DNA of 64,000 nucleotides from Geosiphon pyriformis uo1 (Eukaryota > Fungi > Glomeromycota), in contig JAAOMT010000762.1 in NCBI GenBank assembly GCA_016748015.1, positions 372,001 through 436,000 on the forward strand, in the 5' to 3' direction. Positions 40,337 to 54,902 of this stretch are shown here, in pieces (positions within the stretch are counted from its first letter, which is position 1; every line of letters begins with the position of its first letter). A model generated the notes under the pieces. The model was not told the DNA's origin, made no database searches, and worked only from the letters and a program-made list of their open reading frames with translations. The position numbers and the translations under genes were made by a program.

Positions 40337-41206
40337 TGTTACTTATAAAATAAAAATTATAATAGATAGAAAATAGCCAATAAAAAAAGAGCATGATAAA
40401 AAAAAGAATTCTAGAATTTTTTATTAGGAATTACAAAATTTCAGAATTACAGAATTTCTCTTAAAAAATTGCAAAATTTCTTTTAAAAGAACTAAAGAAT
40501 TTTAAAAAATCTTGTATAATATAAATAATATATATATAATAAGAGTATTAAAAGCAGAAAAAGTAATTCAAAACAGTAGTTAGCAATAAGTAATTATTAA
40601 ATATTTTTTTTTTTAAAAAATAGTTTTTTATAACTTAAAATAGAATCATATTTATATTAATTAAAATATTTTTTATTATCCAAATCTATATTATTATTAC
40701 TTAATTAAAAAATATTAATTAATTTCACACTATTAACAATCTATGTTGATAGAATTTAATATTTAACTATATTAGATTAATAACTCTTAATTATGGCTAT
40801 TAATAAGATACCAATTTTTTATTTTTTATTTTATTTTTTTTATTTTTTTTTATTTTTTTTATTTTATTTTATTTTATTTTGTTTATTTTGTTGTTTATTA
40901 ATTAATTAAGAGATTAAACACTAAATAATTGATATTAAAAATAGTCTGGTAAAAAACCTGTAAAACAAAAGTAAAAAAAACTTATAGATAGCTTATCAAA
41001 AATACATAACTGCCAGAATAAACTGGTCATTTGCTAAAGACAGAAATTTAGAAAAACCATTAATTGAATTTTTGTTCATTATACAAAAGACTTAACCAAA
41101 ACCTTTAGACTTCAAAATCTTTAAAAATTATTAACATTAACAGCTATTAAGCATTAAGTTACAAATTTGTTATTTGTTACAATACTCTAAATAATTATTT
41201 GTAATA
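40337..41206 (+). repeat. 5' LTR of A3
   Basis: tgttactta...ttgtaata, followed by tttaatgctttttgtaag, the mutated form of PBS tttggtgctccctgtgag. Confidence 0.88.
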
Positions 41207-44200
41207 TTTAATGCTTTTTGTAAGATATAATCTAACAGAGAACTAGTACTAATATCTATTATTTGAAACAGTGGCAGAATTAAAAGTAATAGAAACAAAT
41301 TACTTGAAATTTACAAAAGCTTTATTTCAATATTATTAAACTTATTTCAGACTGACAAATAATCATTGGCCAACAAAATTAGCTTTTAACATCTACATTA
41401 ACAAAAAAATTCAGAAGTTATTTTCAAAAATTTCTATAGTAAATTATTTCAAAACATCACACTTTTACAAAATTATGTGTTTAATTCACTAATTACAGAG
41501 ATAAATTAAAAATTAAGAATTACACTCAATAAAAATTTTTTATTATCTTTGCAGACAAAAAAAAAGAAAAATTATAAACTTTAACAAAAACACCAAAAAA
41601 AATACAATTATCTATTTAAAAGAAACCAAAAGTTGTTTTACTTATTCACTTATTATATTATTATATGCTCAAAAGTATTATTTAGATAATATTGATAATT
41701 ACATCTATAGTAAAAACATTATTAATACAAATACTGTTTTAAAGCAATCAAAAAAAACTAAATTATTAAGAATATATGCCAATTTTTTTAAAAAATTTAA
41801 ATTATGATTAACAATATTATTAAGACTTCAATTACTGCCATCTCAACCAAATTTCGGATCTACCAATAATTAAACAGACACCAATTCAGAAAAAAAAAAA
41901 AACAGTAATTAGAAAAAAAATAATCAAAACTCAATTCCAAATAATTCAGAAGTCCAAACTCCAATTGTTCAAATTCAGCAAAACCCAAACAATTTAAATC
42001 TTACTCAACAAAACTTATCTTCAATTATTTCAATTAATTAACTGTCAATAGCATTAATCACCACTTTTTAACAACCATAACAACAACAACTTGCACCAAT
42101 AATCTATGTATTAATTACAAAACTTAAAAAATTTATTGATAAAGAAAACAATACACAAGCCTAATTGAACAATATAGCAAAAGCTATCACAGCCAATAGA
42201 TGAAATAATATCAGAGTTTTTTAAACTATCTCATACTTTTTACAAGATACTACAAATTCATAATATTAAAGTTTAATAAACAAACCACAAACTTTTAATG
42301 TATTCAAAGTTATATTTCTACAATATTTCAATAATTATAACAGTATTAATAACTTATTAATTGGTTTTACTACTATTAAACAAGGTAATAATAAAGCAGT
42401 TACCATTTATTTAAAATGTTTTTACAGATTTTTGCACCAAATCCAAGCAGTTAATACCAACTACTTTACAAAACCACAAATCTTAAATCAATTTATTTAT
42501 GAATTATATAGCAGTTTGTTACAATAAGTATATTCAATACACCCAAATACTTTTTAAGATACAGTTACATATGTTAGAATTTCAAATTAGCTGAATTTAA
42601 AGCCAACCATGTCCAAACCATAAATTTAATAATAAATAGATTATTTGAATTGGATTCTAAGCTAAAACAATTCAGTAATTCTATTAACCAGAAATTAGAA
42701 AAATACTTAGTTAACAATACAGAAATTTATTTATCTTCTTAATATTGCAATAATCAAAAAAACCCAAATTAATTCCAGAATTAATCATGCTTATTATTAT
42801 TAACAAATCAATTATGATAGCAAAAAATGCATAATTATTACTATTGTGATAAACAAAACCATCTGAAAACAAATTGCCATACCAGATTTAATAACTTATA
42901 ATTAAAAAACCAATATAGAAATCCTGATCGCAGATTTTAAAATCTGAGTTATGCCAACAATTTAATTGAACAATATCAGTATTAGTCTCATTATATTCCA
43001 ATAATACAACAACCAATATATATATCTCCAATTTATTTAACTTTAATATTGGTAATTTATCAAGCTTTACAGCCACAGATAATTTATTAATCCCAACAAA
43101 TTCAAGTGCTGTCTTAAAATTTAACTCCAATATTAACTAGAAATTCAAGACCAAAAATTATTCATACTTAACAAAATTGGAGATTGGTAATAGTAATATA
43201 CTAACTGATTTCCAGTTTATTAAACCAATTATCAAGATTATATTAGCAAAATTCAGGAAATAGGTATATTTAAAACTATTTAAGTCTTCTGATAATTCCA
43301 AAAAATATATCTAAATTATTAAAAACCAATATCATACTACTTATCAATAATATTCTATTAACAATCATCATAAAAAATAAATTATTCACAGTTATTTTTC
43401 TTTTTAAATTAAAAGAATCAGCAATAACATTTTTATTTAGTAGAGCCATTCTTAATACTAAACTTATCACAATCATATCTACTAATGTTAAAATTAATAA
43501 ACAATTTATCAAACTAATCTTTGATAATAAATTAGCAAACAGTATTATTACATAATAACTCATAAACTAATTAGGTTGTTAAGTTAATTAAGCTGTCAGT
43601 ACTAAAATTATTACTGTTGATAAAACAATAAAAACTTCAATTAATAAAATTAATGACTTTTTTTTCAAAATTAACAGCATTATTGTATTAATCAAAGTTT
43701 TGGTAATAGAAGCCATATAATATTAAGCTCTTATTAATAATAATTGGCTGTTTAAAACCAATATTGTACTTGACTGAAATACTTCAAAACTCTAGCTAAT
43801 ATATACTAGACAGTATATATAAGTTTTAGCTATTTGTAGCCACTTTAAAACAATTATTACTACTCAACAACTGTCATTAATTGAGTTAAAAAAATATCTA
43901 TCTAAGAAGTTTATCAAGTCTTATGAGCAAAAAATGAACACAATAAACTATCACCAATACTTTTTTAGAAAAAAAAGAAAAAGAAAAGAAAAAAACAAAT
44001 TTTAAAACACCACTGCTATTGAAAAAACATCTAATTGTTAATATGTTCTATATTTAATACCAGAACCAAAAAAACAACCATCCTATATTCTGCTCAAATG
44101 TAAAAATTATAAAAAAAAGCTTTTATTCATAAAAGCTTAAATTTTACCAGAAAAGAATTACAAAACACATATCTACTACTATTGTAAAATATGTTATTAA

Positions 44201-47200
44201 GAACACTTTGAATATTCAAATAACAAAGAAAATGGAACAACAAACTGTGTTTTACTTATAGAAAAATACTATTCAACAAAGAAATATAAAATAACATTTC
44301 TGGTTATGAAAAAATATACAACACATTATGCTAATACATAATTCTCATAAGCGACTGAGTAAGCAAAAAAATGTTTTTTAATATTGTATAGAACTGAGCA
44401 CACTTATATTTAGACAATTATTTACATAATAAAAACAAGATCTGAAAAATGACAAGTGCCAAAGTTAAAAATACTTTGTTCAGTAAAATATTGGCAATTA
44501 AAAATAATTCATTAGAATCTGTTAATACTGTTCTTATTCCAAATCCAAACATATTCATTGATATTATAAATAATTCAAAACACTTTTATAAACATTACCA
44601 AAATTTAATATTTACTTAAAAAAAACAAAAGCAGTATTTGAAACAATTAAACATAAGACTCTGTAAATATTGTCTAATTTTCAGTAACTTTAAATATTGT
44701 AATAATTGTGATTTTATTTACAATCTATTACCATACATGATTTATTAATTTTTAAAGAAAAAAAACCAATCAGCAAGTGTACTTTAAAACCAAAATTGAA
44801 ATTCAATTATAATTCAAACTTTAATAATAATGACAACAATAATTCCAATACTGTTCACAATAGCAACAACAATAATAATAATAATTTAAATTCTAATTAT
44901 AATTCCAAACAATATATTGTGCTTTTAGATCTTTTAAAGAAGCAGAAACTTAAATAGTTTTGCAATAATGATGAGAGTATTATGTCAAAATATATACATA
45001 ATACTAATATAAAAGTTTAATTTCAGATATCTTAAAAAAATTGTCATTATATTGGAATATTATTTACATATTAGTATAGATTTGAAAATAGCACTATAAA
45101 TCTTGGCAATAACAATAGTTTAATTAGTATCTAGATCTAATTTAGTGAAAAAAGAATTAATATTAAAAAAAATAATTAATACAAGATATATAAAAAATAT
45201 TATTGTAATACTACAAAAAAAATAGAAAAAACATATATTATTGAATCCAATAATAAAATAACACAAACATTATTCTTATCTTTGGTAAAAATAGCTAAAT
45301 AGTATTAATAAAAACAAGAAAAAAATTAAAGATCATAGCAAAAAAGATAAATAGATTTAGATCTATAAGTAAAATAAAAGTACTAATTAATATAGTAAAA
45401 AAAAACAATTGATTAAAAAAAAATTATCTCTATCTATTAATTAATTTCTATTCTATTATATAACTAGTATATATTAACTAAAAAAAAAAGTGAAAGATCA
45501 ACTTTTGATTTTTAAAGGTAAACCTACTATTTATAAATCAAGAGAGATTATTATTACCAATCTTTACATACTAGCCAAAAACCACAAACCTATTAAGATT
45601 TCAATATACAACACAACCAGAAACCCAATAGAAATATTAAGCAAAATTATTATCAAATACTTAAGTACTGAAGTTAAAAATCAAATACCAACAACTATTT
45701 TAGACTTTTCACAACTGTGTAAATATGTGAACATCATATTATAGACAATTTATAAATAAAAAGAATATTATTTGTTACAATTAAAATAACTAAAGCAAAT
45801 AAACTTAGAAAACTTAAATTTATTTTAATATATACAATTCAAATTGCTACTTAATAATTTTACTGATATCTTTATAAGTAAAAATAAATTCAACAGAATT
45901 AATATCATTTAGTATTAGATTAAAACTGGAAATATAATGCTAATCAAGCAATAAGCATACTAAATACTACTCATTAATCATGAAATTATTTGTCAAGAAA
46001 TTAACTGTATATTAGACAATAAGTTAATTTAATCATTAATGAGTTCATAGTTATTACCAATAATATTTGTTCAAAAAAAAATAAAAAGATTTATTTTTGT
46101 ATAGATTATAGAAAACTTAACAGTATTACTTATAAAGACAGTTATTTTACTTTACAGATCTAAAAACTATTTGATACTTTTGGAAAAAAAAATGATTTTC
46201 AATATTAGATTTAAATATTAAATATTGACAAGTAGTCATAAATTCAGTTAACAAAAAGAAAACAGTATTTACCACAAAAAAAAAGAACTTTAAATTTAAT
46301 GTTATGCCTTTTGACTTAACCAATGCTTCAGTTACTTTCTAATAACTAATGAAAATTGTTTACACTAGATTACTATGAAAATCAATAATAGTTTATTTAG
46401 ATAACATTAATGTATTTTTCAAGATATTTGATGACCATTTTTATTATCTTCAACAAGTGTTTGAAAAATTAAAAAAAAGTAAATTAAAATTGAATGTTAC
46501 TAAATACTTCTTTGAAAAAATTGAACTGAAGTTTTTAGAATATATTATGAGCAAAAACAGATTTAGACAAAATCAAAATAGTTAAAAACTTTCTAATACT
46601 AACAAATTTAACAGAATTAAGAGCATTCTTAAAATTTGTTAGATATTATCACTATTTTATCCAAAATTTCTCGAAATTGACCCAATTACTTTACCAGTTC
46701 TAAGCAAAAAACACTAAATATAAATAGACAAAAAACCAATAAAAAGTTTTCAATATACTATAAAAAAACTTATTTAAGTTCTAGTATTAATCTATTCAAA
46801 TTACAGCAAATCATTCATTATTATTACTAATACATTTATTTAAATATTTGAAAATCATACTATTACAAAAAAAAGCTAATAAATAAAAACATCTAATGAC
46901 ATATGTCAGCTGAAGTTTAAGTTTAACAGAAAAAAATTATAGTATTTTAGTATTAAAACACTTAGTTATTTACTATTATTAAATAAAAAAAATATTTAAG
47001 TCAAAAATTTGATGTGTATACTAATCACAAAAATTTGGAGATAATTATTACACAAAATAGAAAATAGAACTATCATCATTTAATTATACTGTATATTATA
47101 AAAAGAGAAAAAAAACAGAAATATTGATAATTTATTATAAATAAGACAAATTTAAAAACATTTTAACCCAAAAATATAATAAAAGATAAATACACAAAAA

Positions 47201-48544
47201 TATTAACAACTTCAATATTATATAAATCAACAGTTTAAGAAAAAATTATCTTGAAAAAAACAAAACAACATAAAACAACAATCAAAATATTTTATTATTT
47301 ACCAAAATATACTATATTAGAAAAACAAAAAAAATTCAGATTAACTACTTAGAGTAATTACAAAATCAGAAAAAAAAACAATATTATTTAATATGTATTT
47401 AGATTTAACTACATAATATTTTTATAAAAAAACAATTATAAAAAAAACCAAAAAAAAATATTATTGATCATTAATATATCTAAATATTATCTAATATGTT
47501 TAAACTTGTAATGCTTATCAAAAAAAAGGAAGAATACAACCCAGTAAACCATTAAGACTGATTAAAGTAAAACAACTATTTAATTAAATTAGAATTAACT
47601 TAGTTAAATCATTAACTATAATTAACAAAGATAACTGATATATAGCAATAGCCATAAATTATTTTACAAAATAGTTAGAAGCTAAAGCAATTTAAAGAGT
47701 GAATACAAAATCCATAGTCAAATTTGTATATCAAAATTTGATTTGTTTACATAAATATTCAAAAAATTTGTTATCAGACCAAAAAAATTACTTGTAAACA
47801 AAATATTAACAAAATTAAGTCAAAAATTTGAAGTTAAGAGACTATTATTATTATTATATTACTCATAAACAAATAGCTTAGTTAAAAAATTCAATAAAAC
47901 ATTGTGTAAAGCAATAGTTAAGATTAGCCAAAAAAATTAAAATAAATAGGATTTGTTTATATTATCAATATTATTTGCTTATTAGACAATAAAGCAAAAT
48001 ACTATACAAACAACATTATTTAAACTAGTTTATAGTAAAACAACAACATAACTAATTAAGATAAAAATCAATATATATTTAGTTAAACCAATAATAAAAG
48101 CCAACTTTTAAGAAATATTGCTGAAAAGAACATATAACTTAATAGAAACTCTAAAAAACAAAAAACAAAAAGCAGTTAATAATATACAAAAGTCACAGAA
48201 AAAACAAAAAAAACAACATAATACTAATTATCAGATAAATTAGTTGAATTTAAGATTGACAATAAAATAAAAAGTTTAATCCCAAATGAAATAATCTATT
48301 TTACATTAAAAAAATTTTGGGAAATAGAGCATATAAGTTAAAATAGAACAACAAAATTTTAATTAAAGCAATATATAATAATTAACTAAAATTATACCAC
48401 AATATAGTATTATTATTTACCAGTAATATTTTATAACTAAGAATATAACAAATATTAGTTGAATCAGATAAGATTCTACAAGATTTGGAACCAATTATAA
48501 TTATTAACACAAACATATCAAATTAATTTACCAAAACAATATAT
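40337..48544 (+). mobile_element. Ty3/Gypsy family A copy A3 (5' LTR through integrase), interrupted by B2
   Basis: 5' LTR, decayed PBS, gag (~42100-42900), protease (~43500), dUTPase (~44990-45370), RT (~46000-46700), integrase (~47190-48525). Colinear with A4. Confidence 0.92.
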
Positions 48545-49281
48545 TGTTACAGATTAAAGTAACAAGCTAATGGATAGCAAGAAAGAACAGGATTGTAGAG
48601 TAATAAAAAAAATCAAAGAGAATTCAATTTTAAAGAGTGAATTGAATAAGTATGGATTCAATATGTGAGATCAGTTTCATAAAATATCTTAGTTGCTATA
48701 CTTTTTAAAAGATAACCAGAAAATTTGAAGGTAAAGGAATAGTCTGTACTGTCAACAAATGATCACACACTGATATAATTCTATGCTTTACATTGGTACT
48801 CTTAGAATTCAATATTAAGTATCAGATATACTTTTCAGTTACATTTTATTCAATAATCTTCAAATGCTCAATTATATGTTTTAGGAAAAGAGTAAAGAAT
48901 AACCAACAAGTAATCTTTTATCCCAAGATATTCAGATACTTGAAGATAGAAAAAGAGAAATTAGCAATAAGAGAAGAATTGAGATAAAGTTGTTATTTTA
49001 TTTCTTTTTTTTCTTTGATTCTTACATATTTTTCTATAGCTAAAAGATTTATTGCTTATATAGCTATCAAAAGTGGTCAATGATCAGGTTAATGGCTAGG
49101 TCAATAATTAGATCAATAATTAGGTTATTGATTAGATCAATAATCAGATCAATAATCAGACCAATAGTCAGATTATTGATCAAGTCAATGATCACTATCT
49201 AAAAATAAAGTGGCTAATTATATGACATCAGTGGCTAATACATGTGATAATTAATAAGAAGTATAGGTTTTAATCATAACA
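48545..49281 (-). repeat. 3' LTR of B2
   Basis: tgttacaga...cataaca ends; PPT adjacent; 12-bp array at ~49075-49193, longer than in B1. Confidence 0.9.
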
Positions 49282-52200
49282 TTATTCTCTTCAAAGAGAT
49301 TGAGCTCTAACAAAATCAAGCTATTCATGATGTAATCTATTTGAAAAGTTTTATCTAAAGCTAGCTAATTTGTTGAAGTCTTTTATAGATAGGATATATA
49401 ATACTTAAAGTAAAATAAGTTTTGTATCTAAGAGACCAAATTTTTGTATTAGAGTTTTGGTTCTTTTAGCAATAGTTAAAACTCCTGGAACATCTAACTA
49501 TATAATGCCCAAAATTTCTGTCTATATCTCTGAAGTTGTTTTTTTCATGAGTTTCATATCTTTTATGATTTCTCTAAGGGAATTATAAAGTTTTAATTGT
49601 CTTTTATATGACAAATTTTTGTCTATAAGCAAGATTTTTTGGATTGTTTTTCTAATTGTGTTAGAAAGTAAAAATATAGCTACTGTTATACTTTCTAACA
49701 AATATTTATCCATTTTGCTACTAATTTTTTCTCTTTTGGTAGTGGTTTTTTTTGGTCTAATAATAGTATGTGTTCTACTGTTATCAGTTATAGTGGTTTG
49801 TTTTCCAATGATCAAAGTAGTATTTAGATAGTTTTTGATCTAATACTTATGAAGAATATAAAAAGCATTTTGAATGTTTTGATTCAGAAAATAATTGTTT
49901 ATGTTGATTGAAAATATCTCTGTTTTGGGAATGGTGCATTTATTTATACTTGATTTTTGCTGATTATTTGAGTCAGTATTACCACAACAGACAACCAATT
50001 AGGTCGTTTATGATATTTTTTGAGTCATGTACCATAAACAGAACAATTATTGAAGATTGTTTCAAATTGATCTTAAAGAATATAAAAACCATTATTCAAA
50101 ATTTTGTTAACTATAAAGAGTTCTTTTCATTGGCTAGAAAATTTATTATCATAAATATTGCTTCTATCTGAATGGTATTCTAATATCAAGTTACCAACAC
50201 TTAAAAAAAGTATTTTATAGGGTTTTTTTTTTTTAAGCTTTTCTTGAAACTGTTTTATCTTTTCAAAAACAATTATTTGTGCTTCTATTAAAGAGTCAAA
50301 AATAGTACCAAGTCTTTTTTACAAAATGTTTTTGTAATTTTCTATTGTGATCTCTTTAAAAGGTATTGTCTCAATGTTAATTTCTATGGTAGTGTTGCCA
50401 TGTGTTCATAGAACAGATAAAAAAGTTCATAACTTGTTATGTCATGATTCACAGTTCTATAAGCAAACAAAGCTAAAAGCAGTATTTTGTTCTATAAGTT
50501 TGTTTCTTTACTGGTTTTGACTAAGGTTTTACATAATGTTCTATTGAAATGTTCTACTAGGTCATTTGTTTGAGAGTGATAAGAAAAGAAAAGTTTATGA
50601 CATATTCCCATTTTTCTACAAAGTTTTTCAATTAATATACTGAGAAAAGCTCTTCCTCTATCAGATAAAAGTTTTTTGAAGCAGCCATAACAGCAGATAA
50701 TATTTTCATAAATAAAATTGGCTATTGAGACTGCTGTTTAATCTGGAGTGGTTCTTGTTTTTACTTATTTTGTAAAATAGTCAGTAGTTGTAATAATATA
50801 TCTGTTGCTATTAGGAGTTATTGTTAAAGATTTAACAATATCTATACCAATTCTGTTAAATAGGTGATCAATAGAGATTGAATGAATATTTTCTTTGTGA
50901 TTGGATTTGTCTTTTTTTTGGCAAATGTCACAGGTTTTGATGTATTCAGCAATGTTCTTTTTCAAAGTAGACCAATAATAACAAGCTAAAATTTTCTGAA
51001 TTGTTTTTGTTTTCCAAAATGTTTAACTAATAAGTCAGTATATATGTTATATATTACAATTTCTCTTTCTTCAAATTTGATGACTTTCTAAAAGTAGTTA
51101 GGATTTTTTCTGTTTTTTTTATATAATTGATTTTGGTGGATCAAATAAAAAATTGATTGTTTGTGCAAATGTTCTCTTTGCTGTTGAGTGTATTTTAATA
51201 GGTATTGTTCTTTATCCAAAAATTCCATTAAGACAGAATAGTTGTCCAAGTCTATTATCATGTTTGTTTATAAGGTTATTACTAATAATTAAGTTGGTTT
51301 GGTTAAGAGGTTGTACTATTACTTGATGGTAAGTCTAGAGAAAGCATCAGCATTTTGATGATTTGCTTTTTTGTGATATTGAATATCATATTCAAATTCA
51401 TCCAAGTAGAATATTCAATGAGTTATTTGTTTGTGTTCTAGCTTCTTTTTATTGTACAGTCAAATCAAGACTTGATAATCTGTTATTACTAGAAATTTTA
51501 CACCAAGAAGATATTAATCCCAGTAACTAATAGCTCAAACTACTGCTAAACATTCTTGTTTAGTAATTGAATAGTTTTTTTTTGTTGGTATAAGAGATTT
51601 ACTGGTATATGTTATGACATGTTTTCTGCCATTTTTATTTTTTTGTAAAAGAACAGCACCAAGTCTATAGCCAGATGTATCAATGTAGAAAATAAAAGAT
51701 TGGTTCAGATCAAATTGCTTAAGAATTGGTTTAGTAATAAGTTTTTCCTTCAGAATTTTAAAAGCTTTTTGTTGATGAATGTTTCAGTAATAATTAACAT
51801 TTTTTCTGAATAGCTGATTGAGAGAAAAGACAATTTTAGAGAAATTCTTAATAAATTTGCAATATTAAGAAGCCAAACCAAGGAAAAAATGTAGTTCAGA
51901 AACATTCATTAGTTGTCTAATGTTTTGAACTTTTTCAACTTTAGCTAAGTCAGAGAAGATTCTGTCTTTTGTAATAAGATAACCAAGGAACTGGATGGAT
52001 TGGTGTCTAAAAAAAGATTTAATTGGGTTGATCTTAAGACCAACATTTTTAAGCAGGTCAAAAAATTTTTGCAAATGTTTAAGATGTTCATCCCAGATTT
52101 TTGAGTAGACCATTATATTGTTTAAGTAGACCAGAACAAAGTTTTCTTTTACTGATTCAAATACTTTGTTCATTAGATATTAAAAGATAGGAAGAGCATT

Positions 52201-54003
52201 GATGAAACCAAAAAGCATAACTGTGAATTCATAGGTGCCATATTGGGTAATAAAAGCAGTTTTTTTTCTGCTTTTTGGATCTATCTCTACTTGTCAAAAT
52301 TCAGTAGTTAAGTCAATAGTTGAGAAGAAAGCAGCATCATTGAATTTATCTAGAATTGCATCAATTTTGGGAAGTGGGTACATGTCTCTTATAGTAATAG
52401 TATTTAATTAACAGTAGTCAATACAGAAGCATAGAGTTCTACCTTTTTTGGATATCACTACAACTGGAAAAACCTATTCACTCTTGGTTTTTTGTATGAA
52501 TCCAAGATTTTTTATCTGGTTTATCTTTTTTTTAATGAACTCATTATTGTGTTAATTAGATTGATAAGGCTTCAAATAGATAAAATAAGTTTTTTTTATG
52601 GTGATAGTGTGTTGTATCACATAAGTTTGTCCAGAAATATTACTTTCTTTTGAGATAACTGGGCTATTTCTAGCCAACAGATTTTCAATGTCTACTTTTT
52701 TTTTTCAGAAGAAGGTTTTTTTTGTTCTATAACTAGTAATTAGATTTCAGATGGTTTATTCTCAAAGAACTTCTGTATTTTTTTTAGTTCTTTTCTGAGT
52801 ATCAAACTAATTAGCTTCCAATCTTTATAATAGATCAAACAGAATTTGCATTCATTACTAGAAAAATACAAAGATTTATTGCACCAGCATTTGGCACAAG
52901 AATCATGTTACCAATAACTGTTTTTTGCTTTCTTGTCAGGTTTTCTATTAAAAGTTTTTTTGAGAATATTATAATAGGGCCAGCAGATTAGCTTGCCATT
53001 TACCATGATTTTTTTTTTGTCAGCTTTAATATTGTCCAGTAGCTTGCCATTGCTGGTGAAGATAGTATAAACAAGTTCAACAGTTTCTTTTTGTTCTTCT
53101 TGATCTTCTTTATTATCACTCTTATCATTATTTGATTCATTTAATTGTTCTTTTTTTTGGTTTTGCTTGGGTACTAAAGGAGTTGTCCAATGATGATACT
53201 TAACCACAATGGGCTTTTCACCACATCTGATGATTAGCTCACAAAGTTTATAGTCAAGTAATGCTTTGGCTTTCTTAAACTACTCATTGCCAACAATTAT
53301 GGTATACTCTTTTGCTTCAGATACTTTCATATCAGTTTTAATGCTGATATCATTGATGTAAACAAGAACAGCTTTGGCTATGTCCAGATCTTTCTTTTTG
53401 CTATCATGTATATTGGTCATTGGTCTAGTTGAAGGTTCATTAATTTTTCTGCCAATTGTTTCAAAGAAATGTTTGGCTATAATGCTAACAGATAATTCAC
53501 TGTCTAAAATCAGATCAATAAAGTAACCAGCTACTTGGGCTTTGTAGATTAGAGGGGTGACATTGCTGTTGTCAACAAGTTCAGTTTGGTGAGAACACTT
53601 GTTGGTTTTTGGTGTCTTCTTCTTTAGAATCAATAATTTGTGAAGATTTTTTCTAAACTATAAATAGATTATTAACTGGTCAAAAGTAATATATGCTAGA
53701 GTTTCTATAAGAATAAGATCCAGATTTTTGTATAATTTCTGGGAGTTCTAACTTTGGAGAATTCTTAAAAACTTTAGTCTTTGGTAGCTCATTGTTATTA
53801 GCAGTAGAAGTTGAGGCTTTGTTGAGATCTAGAACAAAATCAATTTTGGCTTTTTTTTTCTTTCTTGTTAAGTTAGGAGTGTTGATTGCCAATTCATCCA
53901 TATTATGGTTATTATTAATTAAGTTAAAGGTGTAAAAGAGATTTTTTTCTGGTTGGTTTGCACTCTCACTCTTTGGAAATGTACCTACTAGTTTAAAAGC
54001 TGA
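48545..54003 (-). mobile_element. Ty3/Gypsy family B copy B2, inserted in A3 and itself interrupted by A4
   Basis: Colinear with 6856-12300. ORF3 49522-49815, integrase 50765-50965, RT 51865-52173, protease 53280-53633. Expected 4-bp TSD ATAT at 48541-48544; the other end is outside the window. Confidence 0.93.
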
Positions 54004-54884
54004 TGTTACTCATAGAATATAAGAAGTATATTATTATTAACAAGTAGATATTAGCCAATCAGAAGTAGACATAGTAAATGTGAAATTCCAGGATTCCTCT
54101 CAAAGAAATTGTAAGATTCCAAGAATTTCAGGATTCTCTGACAAGAAATGACAGGATTTCAAAATTCCAAAATTCTTTTTATCAGGAATCGCAGGATTCT
54201 AGGAATTTCAGAATTCCTGTTATAAGGAATTGAAGAATTGAGGAATTTCAAATATGTATATATAACAGTAGTATTAGAAGCAAAAGAAAAAAAATTGACA
54301 CCAAGAATCTTTAGCTTAGTTACTACAATCCTCAAATAAATAATTATTCACTATATCAAATTCATTCTTCACTATCAATACTTCATGTTAATAGTAACTG
54401 ATACTTAATCATACTAGAACAATAATTCTTAATCACGGCTATTGACGGGATACTAACTTGCAAATTGCCTTGGCTTATTTCTTATTTTCTCTTTTATTTT
54501 TTCTTTATTTTTTTTGTTGTCTACTAACTTGATTAAAGAATTTACTCTTGGAAGACTTATGAAGGAATAAACTTGCTTAAACAATACTTACTCTTAGAGG
54601 ACTTATGGAGGAACTGACATTAGGAAACAGCACTAGTATATACTTACTAAGGATATTGTACTAAGAGAATCATCAATCATCAAGCTGAGCAAGCAATTGA
54701 CAAAACTACAGTTTCAGAAAACTACTAATAAACTGTTACCAGTAAATTTTTATCCATTATACAAAGAACTCAATTGGAAAACCTTCAGATAAAATACCTT
54801 CAGATTATCATTGTTACCAATCACTTTGAGCACCAAGTTATGAGTTTGTTATTCACTTGACACTCCAAAGAATCACTTATAACA
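54004..54884 (+). repeat. 5' LTR of A4 (881 bp)
   Basis: TGTTA...TAACA inverted ends; GGATTCC/GAATTCC-type repeats ~54078-54250; TATATATA ~54257-54264; direct repeat of 63327-64000. Confidence 0.95.
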
Positions 54885-54886
54885 TT

Positions 54887-54902
54887 TGGTGCTCCCTGTG
54901 AG
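54887..54902 (+). promoter_or_regulatory. Primer binding site TGGTGCTCCCTGTGAG
   Basis: Begins with TGG 2 nt after the LTR end; complementary to a tRNA 3' end ...CUCACAGGGAGCACCA. Confidence 0.85.

Noticed and set aside
49075-49193. Short repeat arrays as possible CRISPR or telomeric repeats
   Set aside because: No unique spacers or cas genes; the arrays are internal to LTRs in eukaryotic DNA.
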